A DNA stretch of 64,000 bases, taken from the NCBI GenBank assembly GCA_004022145.1, contig RCNU01000008.1; one strand, 5' to 3'. The notes beneath the pieces were generated by a model that saw only the letters and a list, made by a program, of their open reading frames with translations, did not search any database and was not told the origin of the DNA. Shown in pieces: positions 35,147 through 49,229 of the stretch (position 1 is the stretch's first letter; each line of letters starts with the position of its first letter). The translations under genes were made by a program, and so were the position numbers. This DNA is from Paecilomyces variotii. Its lineage: Eukaryota.

Positions 35147-37143
35147 TCACGACTCTCCATCTTTAATCCTCCCAACACCCAATACCATCCAATAGGCCAA
35201 TTCCCTCTTCACCATCTCAGGCTTCTGGTTCTTTCCCACAGGCTGCTCTATCTGATTTTCCGTATCCCATTCTAAGCGCACAAAGACCGGGATCTCAAGC
35301 ACGTCTTCGTCCTCGCGGAGTTCCTCGTCATTGTTATCATTATCCTTATTGCCGCTGTTGCTGTCATTGTCATTGTCATTCTCATTGTCATCATCATTGT
35401 CATTGCCGTCATCACTGGCGGTATGGCGGTCGTCGTTGTCCTCGTGGTCACCACGGCTCTTGTGTCCCGAACCAGGTAAGGTTCCCGGGACGATTTCGAT
35501 AACGACGGTCGTCCAGTTCCGTCCTTTGTCCCAGACTTTACCGGCCTCAGCGACTTTTTCAGTCCCGAAGCCGGCTAGAGCGGCTCGTGAGGAGCGGTCA
35601 CCGGCGGTAGAGGCCTGGAGGGCTTCATCCCAGACGTCGCTATTGGCGCCGATGTCGAACTGAGGGCAGAGAATGGTGACTTTCGTGGCGACGCGGCCGG
35701 GGGTTAGAGAAGGCGTAGCCAGTGTGACTCGGACAGGGTCGAACATGTGGTTTTTTAAAGTTAGGAGGTATTGGATGGGCCGCAGAGGTGGTAGAGCGTC
35801 CAGGTCAGGAGGCGCGACGGTTGGTGATAGGGGTATTCCTGCGAGGGAAGTTGGCGTGAGAGGTCGCAATGTAGGTAGTGGGATGTAGCTGAGAGCAATC
35901 AGACGGATACGGAAGCGCGTTGACTGCGGCTTGAACTCGGGCTTGACAAGGATATGCTTGCATGCCTTGCACCGTTTCGAGCGTTTCGTCCTGAGCTGAA
36001 CTGGGAGTGGTCGAAGGTCCTCCACGAAACGAGCATCAAGAGCTTGGAAGGCTCGTTGCTCCATTGAAGCCAGGCCGTCCCAACCGCATTCGTCCGACGA
36101 CATCCTATTGATGATCGACTCCTCGAAGTCAGGGCTGGGAATCTTCAGTCCTTCTGATGCGTGGAGAGCCTCTCTCATGACTGGTGGCTTAGACTTAGGC
36201 TTCTTGCCGCCTGCTCCGTAGAGACCTCCGAAGGTAGATGAGGCATACAGAGACATGATACGGTTCAATGCGCTCGGGGAGGAAAATCCAGCTCCAAGGT
36301 CGGTTCCCAGAGGATCGCTAGGAGAAGACGATGTCTCCGCGATCTGGTTTCGGTAGAAGGATTTCAAAGCGTCGAACCTAGCGTCCGGATCCAGAGGAGG
36401 TTGCTCATCCACTGGTTTGGACTCTTTTCCCACCTCTTCACTCTCACCCATTACAGGTAAATCAGTGGTTGACGAGAAGCTGGCTAGAGGCGACCTCATA
36501 TCAGATATACCTCGAGTCGACTTCCTCCCGCCAGCAGCTTCTGTCAGCTTCGCCAGCTGAGTACGAATATTGGTGGGCTTGTCGAATTTGATCCCAATAT
36601 CGAGAGTCGTCCACATACAGTACTGGCAGGCCAGAACCCAGGGACCTTGGTGAGAACCCCCCGCAGCAGTATTTTCCAACGTGGTGACCGCCAAGGGGGC
36701 CGTACATATCGGACAATTGAAGCAATTCCGCGCACACCTGGACTCCTGTCAGTCTATGTATGGTCTATCATAATCACACAATGAGGTATTCAGCAGACGC
36801 ACCTATTTCCTTCACTCCTCACCATACTGCTGGGGGTCTCAAACAGACAGTTCGGACAATACCAACACACAATCTCCTCCGTTATACATCTCGGGCATTT
36901 AATTTGGTGACAGTCCTCGCAGTAGAGTAGTTGCTCAGGCGGATATAAAGAGAAGTTGGCGCGAGGCGATCTAGGATCGAAAGTAACCTCTTCTTCGTCC
37001 GAGTCTTCTTCAAACTGAGGGGTTTCCGACGAGCCTTTCTTGCGCGGAGAGAGCTCTTTCGATATCCGTTTCGAGGATGGATCGGGAATCGGGTCATCTG
37101 CACAGGGACATGAGATGTAGGTATAGGGGAACGGGCGCGACAT
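35147..37143 (-). CDS. ro-2: Dynactin p62 subunit (DCTN4/RO-2)
   Basis: N-terminal Cys pairs (LLYCEDCHQIKCPRC, WYCPNC, CFNCPIC, CQYC), LRTKRSKRCKACKHILVKPE, RELAYW. One intron near 36740-36800. Confidence 0.92.
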
Positions 37144-37777
37144 TTTGGTTTGTAGTTGTATAAGATCACTGGCTCGATAGCAGCATGATATGGTGCGCGG
37201 TATCTTTCGGAGAACGAGGCTGCCGTACGCCTGGGGCAAAAATAGCGCTCCAACGAAGATGTCACTATAGATTCGACACCGTCTATTCTAACTAATCACT
37301 CTTATAACGCGTCTTGCAACTGAGGAAACCGAGCGTTGAACCAATTGCTGTATGCAGCGATCTCAGGGGAAGTTCAATTCGCGAAGACCAAGCGGCGTGT
37401 TCGATAATCGGTCTTGGGACAACAGAAAGGAAATTGCGAAGGCTCGCCCCAAGAAGACCGTCAAGAGAAAATAAAAATAGCAGTGAACTCAAACAAGAAC
37501 CGAAAAAGAGTCGTCAGTTGAGATATATTATTGTAGAACAGAAAGCTCGTGGGGTCGCGGAGCGCGGAGAAAGAGCTGCGATTTGTTTTCTGCCGTGTTG
37601 AAAGTTCAGAACAAAATCAAACGACGTCACGGAAAGCAGATTGATTATTCCCACCGTTTGGCCCAAGGCTCAATTCTTCCTGACTTCGATAGGGGAATTC
37701 GTTTTATGAAAGAAGAAGAAAAGAAAAATGCATTGAAATTTCACAGTCTGACTTGAACAGAATAATAAAAAAAAACC

Positions 37778-38921
37778 ATGGCCCTCCGCTCTTTCATCCC
37801 AAGGGCCTCCTCCGCGCTCCGCCAGCGGGCTTTCACAGCATCTCGAAGCTACGCTATCCAGACTCCGGGGAATCCGACTCTAGAAGTGTTCAATCGGAAA
37901 GTGAAATACTTGCAGAAAGAGAGAGCCGGGCAGAATGTCGAGCAGAGTCGGAAAGTGGACTATTTGAAGGATGAAGTCGCAACACGGTTATGCGAACGGT
38001 TACTGGTATTTCTTCTTCTTTTTCTTTTTAGGCTTTCGGGATACATTTTATTGCTATGGTCGGTTCCTAACGCTTCAATACTGCCAGGATATCAAACGAA
38101 CGTTCCCTAACGTGCTCGACCTCGGCGCGAATAGCTGTAACATCGCCCGCGCCCTGACAGCGCCGAACCCAGACCCCGAATCTCCCTCATCACCACCTCT
38201 CTCCAGCAAGATTTCAAAGCTCACTTGCGTGGACACGTCTCCGGCCCTCCTATACCGTGACGCAGACCTCCCGTTCAACAAAGAACTAGATATCCAACGA
38301 GATGTGGTCCCCGATCTAGAGTCTCTGCCCTATGCCCCCAACACCTTCGATGCTGTACTCTCCTCCCTCTCAATCCACTGGATCAACGACCTCCCTTCCC
38401 TTCTCGCCCAAGTGAACTCGATCCTGAAACCAGACTGTCCGTTTATCGCGGCCATGTTTGGCGGTGATACGCTCTTCGAGCTGCGCGCGTCCCTGCAGCT
38501 CGCGGACCTCGAGCGTCGCGGAGGCGTCAGTCCCCACATCTCGCCGCTGGCTGATGTCCGCGATGTTGGCGGTCTGTTGACTCGGGCGGGATTCAAGATG
38601 TTGACGGTCGATGTGGAGGATATCATTGTTGAGTTTCCTGATACGTTTGCGCTCATGGAGGACCTGCAGGCGATGGGGGAGAATAATGCTATTCTGCACC
38701 GTGAGCATGGACCCATCTCGCGAGATGTGTTGCTTGCGAACGAGGCGATCTATAGAGAGCTACATAAGGAGGAGGATGCGCAGGGAATCCCGGCGACGTT
38801 CCGGTTGATTTTCATGATTGGGTGGAAGGAGGCTCCTGGACAGGCACAGCCGTTGAAGAGGGGTAGTGGTGATGTGAATCTCAAGGATATATTGGGAGGG
38901 GGTAGTTTCGACGGATCATGA
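37778..38921 (+). CDS. ndufaf5: Mitochondrial complex I assembly factor NDUFAF5 (SAM-dependent methyltransferase fold)
   Basis: Arg/Ser-rich presequence, DYLKDEVA, VLDLGA, SSLSIHWINDLP, ERRGGVSPHISP, DLQAMGE, IPATF..GWK. Intron 38006-38087. Confidence 0.93.
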
Positions 38922-39260
38922 AACCGAGGCAAAGGGAATCTAATAGAAAAGCTGGCCTTTTTTTTTTGTGTGTCGCTATGTATATGTAAAATAGAGAGAG
39001 GGAGAAAACAAAACGGGGAATATATCTGCACTGCACTTTCTAGGAGCTGAAATCCATCAGATAATGGAGAATTACATCTCCTGTTTGTTGTTTGTGTGAT
39101 TGGTAGAATAAGATCCTCGCGCTGACCGTCTAAACCAGATGCACCATCCGGGGTGTCACTGATACCGTGGGTGCAAGAACAATGTGCCATAGTTTTCAAA
39201 ACGACAAGTTGATAGCGGTCCTTCCAACATCGTTGAAACAATGAAAGGTCCCTAATGCAT

Positions 39261-39949
39261 CTAAACCGTCCTTCGATCCGTCATGACTCGGACAATTGAC
39301 CCCGTTCCAGCGATCTCGACCAGCTTCTCATGCCAGCTGAGCAGCACGCTCATCTGCTGACCACCGCCACCTTCTCCCAGGTTTCGAGCTTGGATCTGCG
39401 AAAATCCAGTGCTCTGGGGCGAAACTGTCTTACGAGCAGGGGATTGCGCGCCACTGCTGGCCGGCTGGCCAGCCATGCCCTTGTACCTACCTCTCAGTCA
39501 GCTAACGTCGTTTGTTATCTGAACGTCACAGCTTCCGCATAGAGACGCCAGAAGTGATAACAAAAAAAAAGACTGGAAACGAGGACATACAAATACTTCA
39601 TCAAGCAATCTGCCCTCTCCGAACCACCCTGCCCTGAACACACTGCCTCGAGGATCCTCGTCATCTCACCCTGTCGAATTCCCTGCAAGACCTCAATAAC
39701 CGTCGCCAGGTGCACCTCCTTCGCACGGTCATCGCCGCCCAGCGGCGCGGTATCCAGAACGTATGACAGCGCACCCTCCGGGTCTCCGCCGCGGAGCATC
39801 TGACGGACCTGCGTCGCAACGCTCGCCGCGGCGCTGGATGTCGTCGGCTGGGGGAGATTGCCCGGAAGCAGAGTCTCCATGGGAAAGTTGATGGAGGACT
39901 CCGGGTCTAGGACGTCGACATTAATGGTACGATAGTTTATTTGGGCCAT
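39261..39949 (-). CDS. arpc5: Arp2/3 complex 16 kDa subunit
   Basis: NYRTINVDVLDPE, DCLMKYL-YKGM, MSVLLSWHEKLVEIAGTGSIVRVMTDRRTV*. One intron. Confidence 0.94.
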
Positions 39950-40917
39950 GGTGGGCGTGAGTTCTTTGTTGTTATTGAGCTTGGGAGGTCAGGGTGGTGA
40001 GATAGTCCGGACTCAGGGGGTGTTCCAATCGAGAAACCCGTAGGCGTGGGCAGAGGGAGACCGGGTTATGTAGAAGGTGTTTCCCGCCACGTAAAGAAGC
40101 AACAAAGCGGGATCGCAACGGAGTCGTATATGGTACTGTGTCGACTTCGGCGGGGAAGTACGGTGACGTGGTGGGGAGTACGGGGACGGGAGGACGTAGG
40201 CAGAAGATGGATTGATTTCTGCCTTGTGAGCTTCAAAGGGGTCAAGTCTATCGAAAGCAATCCTTCCCCGCTGCAAGAAGAGGACGAAAAGAGGAATTGA
40301 GAAGGTGGAGGAGATGTAATCTGAGAGCGCGAGGCAGAAAGCACAGCGGAGTTGATGCTGGTCGATGCTGGAGTGCCGCCGGGGCGGTGGACGCCGCCTG
40401 GTGGCCTCAGGCAGATTATTTCCGAGTACCATAGGCGCTCTACTCGTGTCTACATTGCACATTATTATCTTCTGTGCCAACCAACCAAGCGGGCACTGTA
40501 CTTGGAGCTCTCATCTAGTAACATAGTGCGGGAAATAAACTATTGTGTTCAATGTATTTCTAAGTAAAAGAATTCATTGATCTGTTCATGCACATGGATG
40601 TATATCTCGAGATCAAAATGCCAACCCTAATCTTACAAGAGCTGTATATATAGCAAATCTCAAATAGCCATCCCAGTCCCACTATCCAGTAAGACGCCTC
40701 GCTATGCATATGTAAATGAGCATAAAACCATGAAAGGAAGTGTGAGACTATTTCACACGTTCCACTTTTAGCATCAGATCGTCAGAGATAGAAGAGACCC
40801 AGGTCAACAAAAAAACAAGACAGGGGTTATTGTACAGTTCAAGATTGCAAAAAACGAAAAGAAGAGATATGGGTCCATATCATGGAACACTGCGGTAGAA
40901 TGCGAATATGACATACT

Positions 40918-43900
40918 TCAAACGGCAGTGACGGTAATCGGAGGAACAGCTGTCGTCGGAGGAGTCATGGGTGGACCGGAAGCAGGAGTCTGAAGTCGAG
41001 AAGAAGGGGTCGGGAGTCGACTCATATCAGTGAGAGCTGTAGCCTCTTCATCCACAACGCTAGGATTCTTAACAGTGTCCTTGCGGAAGAGTCGCAGTGT
41101 GATTCGTTTCAGCGAAGATCCTATGGCATGAATGCCACGGCCGATTGGAGTAAAGACAACCTTGAGCACCTTCAGAACCGGTCTCAGAACGAACTTTGTG
41201 CATTTTAGCACAAAATTGAAGACGACTGCGAAATGTTTGTCCGGGATCATCCTGAGGACGACAGCCCAAGGAAGACAGCACAAGGCACAGATGATGCAGA
41301 TAGCCCATTGAGGCCCGCTCAGCGGCGTCACTTTCAGGGCAGAACCACCAACAAAGATGATCATGACCTGACCACCGATCATGATGCAATTGATACCAAG
41401 GAACCAGTAATTCTTGAACATTCCTTCAAAGATGTTGAACTTGTTGTCAAGTCTCCGGTTGTTGAATTCGTTGAATATCTGCATCCACACAAAGGTGTTG
41501 AAGACTATAGTGTTGAGTTCAAGTTGTTTGTGGGAATCACTGAGATCGTATCCAAGGATTTGGCCACCAGCGAAGAATAGGACGAAAGTAACAGCCAGTT
41601 GATAGATTGCTTGACCTAAGATCATTTTCCACATCGTCATCGTGAAGAGCGAAGCATTCTTTGGTGTTGGCTTTCTGTCCAGGATCGTGTCGGTCGGACC
41701 ATCAGTCGCCCTAGAGAAAGTCAGATGAATCCCCAGTGTAACGTCCGAGCAGGAGACTTACAAGGCCAGCGCAGCAAATGTATCCATGATCAGATTGACC
41801 CAAAGCAACTGCACTGCGTTCAAGACACTCTGGTTTGAGTTACTGTAGCAGGCGGACACAAAGGTAAGGGCTACCGCAGTAATATTGACCGTGATTTGAA
41901 ACTAGTATATGTTAGAGAGGTCCCAAGAAGGTCTGGTGAGTAAGCTTACCTGAAGGAACTTGGCGACGGCATCATTGACGGCTCTACCCCATGCGATCGC
42001 CGTAACTATAGAACTGAAGTTGTCATCAAGGAGGATAATCGAACTCGCTTCCTTCGCAACCTCCGTGCCAGCAATTCCCATGGAAAACCCGACATCGGCT
42101 GTCTTAAGAGCAGGGCCATCATTGGTACCGTCACCAGTGACCGCAACAGTTTCACCAAGATGCTTAAGTCGTGCAACTAGAATGCGCTTGTCCTCGGGCG
42201 AGGAGCGAGCTAGAACTTGGAGACGTGGGATGACGTTATCCATCTCTTCATCTGAAAGTTGTCGGAACTTGGGACCTTCCATGATGATGCCATCATCTGT
42301 CTTGATACCACAAGACTTAGCAATCGCAGCAGCAGTGGCCAGGTTATCACCTAAAGTGGCAGCTGATTAGTTCCCAAAGACGATCACACAATATGAAATT
42401 TTAGGCATACGGACCTGTAACCATCTTCACCTGGACTCCGGCACTATTACACTTCCTGATAGCTGCTGGTACCTCCGGTCTCAGCGGATCCTTGATTCCA
42501 ACAACACCCAACCAAGTCATTTCTCTGAAGACATCCTCGAAGTTCGCTGCTGAAGGGTCGTCTTCAAGAGTTCGAGCGCCTTTAGGCGGCCAGCTTGGGA
42601 AATCTCGGTACACCATTCCAATGGTTCGAAGCGATTCGTTTGCATAAGAGTTGATCGTGTCAAGGGTGTATTGTCTAGTCTCCTGCGAAAGCGGTTCCGT
42701 CGCGACATTGCCCTCGCTCAATCCCGCCAGAACGGCGGTGGAGGGAGCCAGCATCAGTTCAGCAGCGCCCTTAACGAGCAATCGGTAACCGGCCGATGGC
42801 TCGCGATAGACGACACCCATGCATTTCCGTGCAGAGTCGAATGGTATCAGCTGGACTATCTCAGCGTTTGCTCGCTCCTCGGCGGCGTCCATAGCGAGGT
42901 AGTCTTTGGCCATCTGCAATAGAGCCACTTCGGTCTTACTACCGACGAACTCCATGCGGCCTTCCCTTTCCTCTTCAAACGCAGTAGAGTTGAGAGCAAT
43001 GCTCTTGGTTATCAGTGCTTTGACAGACCCTGAGCAGGACTTGAAACACTCAGGCGCGGTCATCGTAGATGTCTGACCATCCTTGTCGGATCCAACTTCG
43101 CTGAAGCTCTCGCCTCGAGCCAAAGTTCCAGCTACAACCGTCATTTTGTTTTGGGTGAGGGTTCCTGTCTTATCAGAACAAACCACAGTAGCATTTCCCA
43201 TCGTCTCACATGCTCGCAACACCCGCACAAGGTTATTCTCTTTTACCATGCGTGTCGTAGCAAATGCTAGGGCAAGAGTGACAGCCAACGGGAGGCCCTC
43301 TGGCGTTGATTATCAGCTAGCTGTATACTTGCACACAATCCAAGAAACTAACCTGGAATAGCGACCACAATGACTGTGACTGCAGTAATTAGGATATCAA
43401 CAAACTCTTTGCCCTTGACGGCTGGGCTAGAGTGGTTTCCGGGAAGCTCCGCTAAGAACCTGATGAGAAGCACAATGAACAGGAGACCGGCGGCCCTACA
43501 TTCTGTGTCAGCCTGCTGTTGCAATATCGACGTGTCAACAATACTAACGCTGTACCAAGGCCACCAATCCAATCTGCCAAACCTGCCAACTTAGCCTGAA
43601 GCGGCGTGGGATCATTTTCGGTCTGCAATGAGAGCAGGATGCGGCCGTATGAAGAATTCGGGCCAACGCTGGTCACCAAGCAAGTGCCGACACCCTCAAG
43701 AACTCTGCTACCGGAGAGGATAAAAGGGTCGAGTTTCTTATTGGCAGTCCCTTCCTGAATCCGCTTCCAGACTTCGTGTCCACTGGTCTTTTTCATCTGA
43801 TCTGACTCTCCAGTCGCCGAGGATTCATCGCATCTCACACCATGGCCGGAGACAAAGACACCATCCGCGGGAACAGCATCTCCAGGCTCGAGGTGGAGAA

Positions 43901-44996
43901 TATCTCCAACGGTGAGATCATATATCGATATCGAGACTGACTTGCCTGAGCGAATAACTTTGACTTCGCGGTCATTTTTCTGGACTAGTCAGCATCCATT
44001 GGTACTCTTCGTCATATCTGACTTACTCGCTTGTTCAGTTTTGCAAATTGTCGCTCTTTCTGCCAGTCGTTTACCGCAGTAACCGTCGTGACAATTAAGA
44101 TCGCAACACAAATTGCAACACCCTCAATCCAATCAGCACCGAACCCTTCGTCGACTGTCTCATATACGCCCAGCGAAAGCGACACGACAGCGGCAATGGT
44201 GAGGAGAATGATGATTCTATCGTTATAGGCGTCCCAAAATAATTTAAAAAATCCCGCGCCCTTCCGTTCAGGTAATCTGTTGCGGCCAAAGATACGGATC
44301 CGATCCACGAACTGGGAATCCGAGACAGCACCAGTCACTTGGTTGTTGGTGGATTTTAGTTCGTGGTCAGCTGTGCTCTTGAATGTTTTCAGATCGGTGG
44401 CCTCTTCGAAACTGATGGAGCCTTCCAGCCGGCCTTCATCAACCGACAAGCCTGCATCGAGATCGGTTCTGAGCCCACGTGCCAGGCCATTCAGCCCTCC
44501 CAACGCTTGAAAAGCCGCCAAAGACTTCGGATTCAGCATCTTGTTAAGTTGACCGGGAGAGAAGGCAAACTTGTTATCTTCCACATAGAAGTCCTTCTCG
44601 TTGCGATGATCTGGTGCCAGCGCCTCAGAGAGAGATACATCGTCATAAGCAACATTTATAGAATGGTTTGCGTTCGATCCGGCTCTCGACCTCCCAACTG
44701 TATCCGCCGTTGAATTAAAAGAGCCCGATCTCGAGCGTAGGGTCTCTCCATCTAGCGAAGACACAGTAGGAGAGTATGCATGATGGACCGTCAGCCGGCT
44801 GCCATCATTGGTATCTGGCCGAGTTGGAGATCCCACATCAGGACTAGTGGGTAATTCCGAGGGCGGCGATAGCTGCTGGTCAGAAATCAGTATCATAGAT
44901 AGTAGGTTCTCCATCAACTGTAAGAGAAATTACCTCTGTGTTGATAAATATGACGGGAGGACGCAGCGGTCCGCTTTGATCGTTTCCGTCCGCCAT
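40918..44996 (-). CDS. pmc1: P2B-type calcium-transporting ATPase (PMC1/PMCA-like)
   Basis: [27 protein letters not shown] (phosphorylation site), [34 protein letters not shown]. Exon 1 (MADGNDQSG..) at 44996-44934. Confidence 0.96.
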
Positions 44997-45462
44997 ACTT
45001 GCTGGTGGATATAGTCGGAACGGGCGTATCTGCAGAGATGACGAGGATATTGGAAATGATCACCCATGGAAGTTTATAACATTTGCGATGTAGGCAGAAT
45101 TATAACAGAAAAGAGCCTTGCCCTGGGGAGGGGGAGCCTCTTCTACCGTAAGTCTTGGTTCGGGGGCAGTGCAAAAACAATATGTACTGTAGCAGCAAGT
45201 ACAGTTTTTGTTTACTACCAACTTGGCGCCAAGGGCGTTTACCTTTCAAGGTGTTGAAAGGCGATTCATTATCTAGAAGCGTTTATTGTGAAGAAATCAA
45301 CCGCAGAGCAGATGAAGAAAGCGCCGAGCATTCTGAGAAGGTTAGACATGCGGTGCGGAATATGGTCACGATAGAGCCCCGTTGATGCACTGTAATGCTC
45401 CGTGCTGGACAAATAATAGGGGTCCAGAGTGTGGAAACTTGGATTGAGATGCCCCGTGCGGG

Positions 45463-45886
45463 GGGGCTGTGTAGGCGATGGCAACAAGTAATGACGAATT
45501 AATGCACGGCTTTTGCCGCTCATATTGGAGACGGATGCTCCCACGCTATCATGCCCAGGACTCCAGGCTCCATCCAGATATCAAGTATGATTACGGGCCT
45601 CATCCTGAAGCGTCCATGAAACGAGTCTGGAACGGCACAGCCAATGGCCCTCAACCACCCAGGGCAGATGGCGCTTTAGCCCCGTATTGGCCGGTCTAGA
45701 AGCCATACCGATCCTGTAATGATGTCCAGTAGACGATATGTTGTAGTCGAGTGTTTCTCTGGGTCACTGTCCGCTTCATGGTGCGCTCGTTGCTATACCA
45801 TACACAGGGGAACACCACCTAGTGAAGCCACCCTCGTTACCAGCTCTCTTGACATCCGCGATATGCTCCGCGCACCGTTGAGGCTG
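45463..45886. promoter_or_regulatory. Putative calcineurin/CrzA response elements upstream of the Ca2+ ATPase
   Basis: GGGGCTGTG (45463-45471), CACAGCCAA (45636-45644), GAGGCTG (45880-45886). PMC1 orthologues are established Crz1 targets. Confidence 0.4.
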
Positions 45887-48619
45887 GTACGGCCATGTGT
45901 CCCTGATACAAGCAACGACAGTGTCTGGAGGCGACGAATCCTTCGGCGCTGTAAGCTGACATCGACATGATGTTGCCTCCCATGATGTTGCTTAGCTATA
46001 CGAAGTATAGTAAGCCTGACGGATATTCTTAAGCGCCAATGTATGTACCAGTACAGTACATAATGTCATCATCCTTTGACCGCAGTGATACAGTCATGGC
46101 AGACTCTCGTTCAGCTGTAAAACAAGCTCATCGGTAGAATTGGAATGAATGTCAGTGTTGCCTATGCCTCTGGCTGAGATCGACAGTAGAAGCGTTGATC
46201 CTCTCGAATCCCGAGCACAACAATGAGTGCCAAGTTCGCTCCGTTTCAATATTCCCACCATTTATCGGGAGATAGTCGCAGCTTTGACCAGCATGTCCTC
46301 CGTGCCGCAGTAGTAGATGACGATCATTCTCTCTCTGCTTCTGTTCGATTAACCATTGGCCGATATTCCATTTACAAGCCACATGCACCGCCTCATATTG
46401 TATCTATGTGGCGGTGCCACTATACGTCGTGATTCGGAGAAACCCGCCGGCGTTGGCTGTAACTACCTACCTATGAGTTGAGCACACATCTTACAGTGCC
46501 TCATCCATCTAACGACGAGACATAAGTCGTATCGAACTGTAAGTTCAGTATCCTAGGCGTCTCAATTCCGCAAGCTAAAAGAACATAGCCCTCCGTGGCA
46601 CCGGTTAAAACACTCTTTCCACCAATATGATTGGACAAATATATATCTCCATAAAGTCATAACATATCAGATCAAACCAAAGGATACAGCCTTCTGGTCC
46701 TCTATTCCGAGATATAGCAGGCCGCAGTTAACAGACTAGGTTTTAAAGAACCTTATCCCCCCATCTTGGAAACACATGGCCTAGTATCTTTTCCAAGGCC
46801 CTAACAATCCCAGGAGGATTATTTTCACCTACTATATTCAGCATAGCCTCAATTATAAAGAACATCGACTACAACTCTCTTGATCCCAAGCCCCCATCCT
46901 TTTGATATAGATCTGCCTCGGCGCGCACACTCACATAAAGATCGCTTGAGCAAATAGAGACTGCAAAACTTTCATTCATGGTATCTTACCCGATGATTCG
47001 CGGAACTCGACTCTTGGTTGCATTGCACTGCCTCGCTTGGCTTTTTGCCTCCACATCCTGCTTTCAACCTCGTGGGAGATATGACCCGGTCATCTAACGG
47101 TCATTGACCGGACTTATGGTACTTTATCTTAGTAGATTAAGGTAGGTAGCTGCATGAACTTTAAGGTCTTATGCATAATTAGGCATCGTGCATGAGCCTT
47201 TTTTTTTTGTTTAACCTTCCAGTTGAGAACTAGTGGGTATGTCAATAATACTGAATTCAGTAGCCGTCGAGCCTTTTTGCTTAGACCTTCCCTGAGAAGC
47301 CTAAATCTGGGATCATTAAAGATCCCTGGATAATAACAAAAAACGAACCCCGAAAGAGTTCCGGAAAAAAGAAAGAAAGGTCAAAAGTAAACAAATACCA
47401 TTAGTATGCTATAATATGCCTTGTACACCTGACATCAATACTGAGTGATTGATAATTGATAAATTGACTAACTATATGCTGGGTCCCGTCTGTTTGTTCA
47501 GCCTTCCTCTCCTTTCCTTTTCCTTTTCCACTTCAAGGCTGCCACGATAACGCATCCCGTTAATCTGTAGGTGCTAGGTAGGCTTAGCTGGCATGGATCT
47601 ATTCCTATAGTCTATCTTCATCAGCCCTCCCAAGTCTCACATGCTGAATTTTGCCCATCTCTGTAACTCTTTTTCCCCCCCCCATTACGAGAGCCACCCC
47701 CGATTCCAAGAAACTAACTAACTAGCCTGACTGACTGACCGCTTACTCCTTCCCGAATCCATTAAGCGGATACATCTCCATCTCGCTTTCTCCCTGACAA
47801 GAAATAAAGTATCCACATCCGTCGTCAACCGTTCCCTCATCGTCTCCATTATCAAGGCTGTGTCGCGGGAATATACCACTACTACTACCTTGGCTCAAAC
47901 CTACTAGACATGCTGAGCCGAGTCTCTATAGCTGCGGCAAGTTACCAAGTCAAACTCAATGACTGAGACGCACACTATGAACTTCGACCCGGTACTGTTT
48001 CTTTCACGTGGAGCTTTTATTCCAACTACTCTAGTTCGTAATATGCGTGCGAAAAGGCTGATGAGGCGTAGGCGTCATAGTTGCTGTAGTTCCAAGACGG
48101 ATGGTGTATATGTTGCTAGCGTGGCCGGGTCTTACGGTTGCTCGGCGGGATTTCGTGATGTGTTTCTGTCTTGGCGGGGGGATAAAGAGCGTTTTTTGTG
48201 GGGGGCTGTGTATTATATTGGAGGCTGGAGTCTGGTATATGCGGCAAAAGACATGAATGTTAATGAGGGATATACGGGGAAGGCTGCACGATTGAGCCTT
48301 GGGACCTAAGAATTCGACGGACTGCGTACGCAAGGCAGATTCAGGTAAAAGTGAACTGATCCGAGGGAAATAATAGTACCATTGCGATGACGATGAAACT
48401 TTTTCGCCGATACTCACAAGCACATAGGACATGAAGATCATCCATCCCAATCCGATGAGGCCGCGGCCCATTCAGGCTGGCCTGGATTATTTGGGAGGGT
48501 TTCAAGGCAACCAACAAAATGAAAAAAAAAAGCGGTAGTAGACCAGCGAAAAGAAGCTGGAAACAGTACACTGTACAGTAAGCACACACCAAAAGACCTC
48601 CGCCTTTCTGCGCCGTCCT

Positions 48620-48620
<1 letters not shown>

Positions 48621-48648
<28 letters not shown>
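48621..48648. repeat. (GT)n microsatellite
   Basis: About 14 GT units. Confidence 0.9.
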
Positions 48649-48653
<5 letters not shown>

Positions 48654-49229
48654 TTCCACGTGCTCACATGTACACCAAACACTCGAACACGAGATCAGAA
48701 ACCAAAACCAATATGAAACAAACAAGTCATGAGAGTGATGAACAAGGTTCGAGGAAAATTGGGTATCCGGACATTCAAAACAAAAATGCGAAGAGAATAG
48801 AAAGAAGCTTTGAACGTGTCTCAAGATGATTGACCAGGTGATGGCCGTTAACCATCACCAGGTATGCTTCCGCTTTATCGCCCTGCTGTCTCTTCCATCA
48901 GGAACGGAAATGACGCCGAACCAAAAGGTCAATCCTGGCCAAAGGCAAAATCTCCCAGCCAGCGATTCCTGAATATTAGGTTCAAGAACAAGTGTCAACC
49001 GAAGGCCCAGCATACAAGATCCGTCCAGGAATATAAGAGGTCAAGAATGGGACGAAAGCAGACAGCAGGTCACGTGCGTGCGCGCGGAGAAAGGTAGACA
49101 CCGTTCGATCAAAGCTGTTGCTGAAAGCACGTATGCACAGAGCAAAAATTATGTAGTGAGAAAGAAAGATCAGATAGCATCCCTCTGAAGAGTGCAAGCC
49201 ACTGCTCAAGCTGGGGGCACCAAGGAATC

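Noticed and set aside
46520-47000. Possible decayed gene fragment on the minus strand
   Set aside because: Some coding-like stretches are present, but I could not assign any motif.
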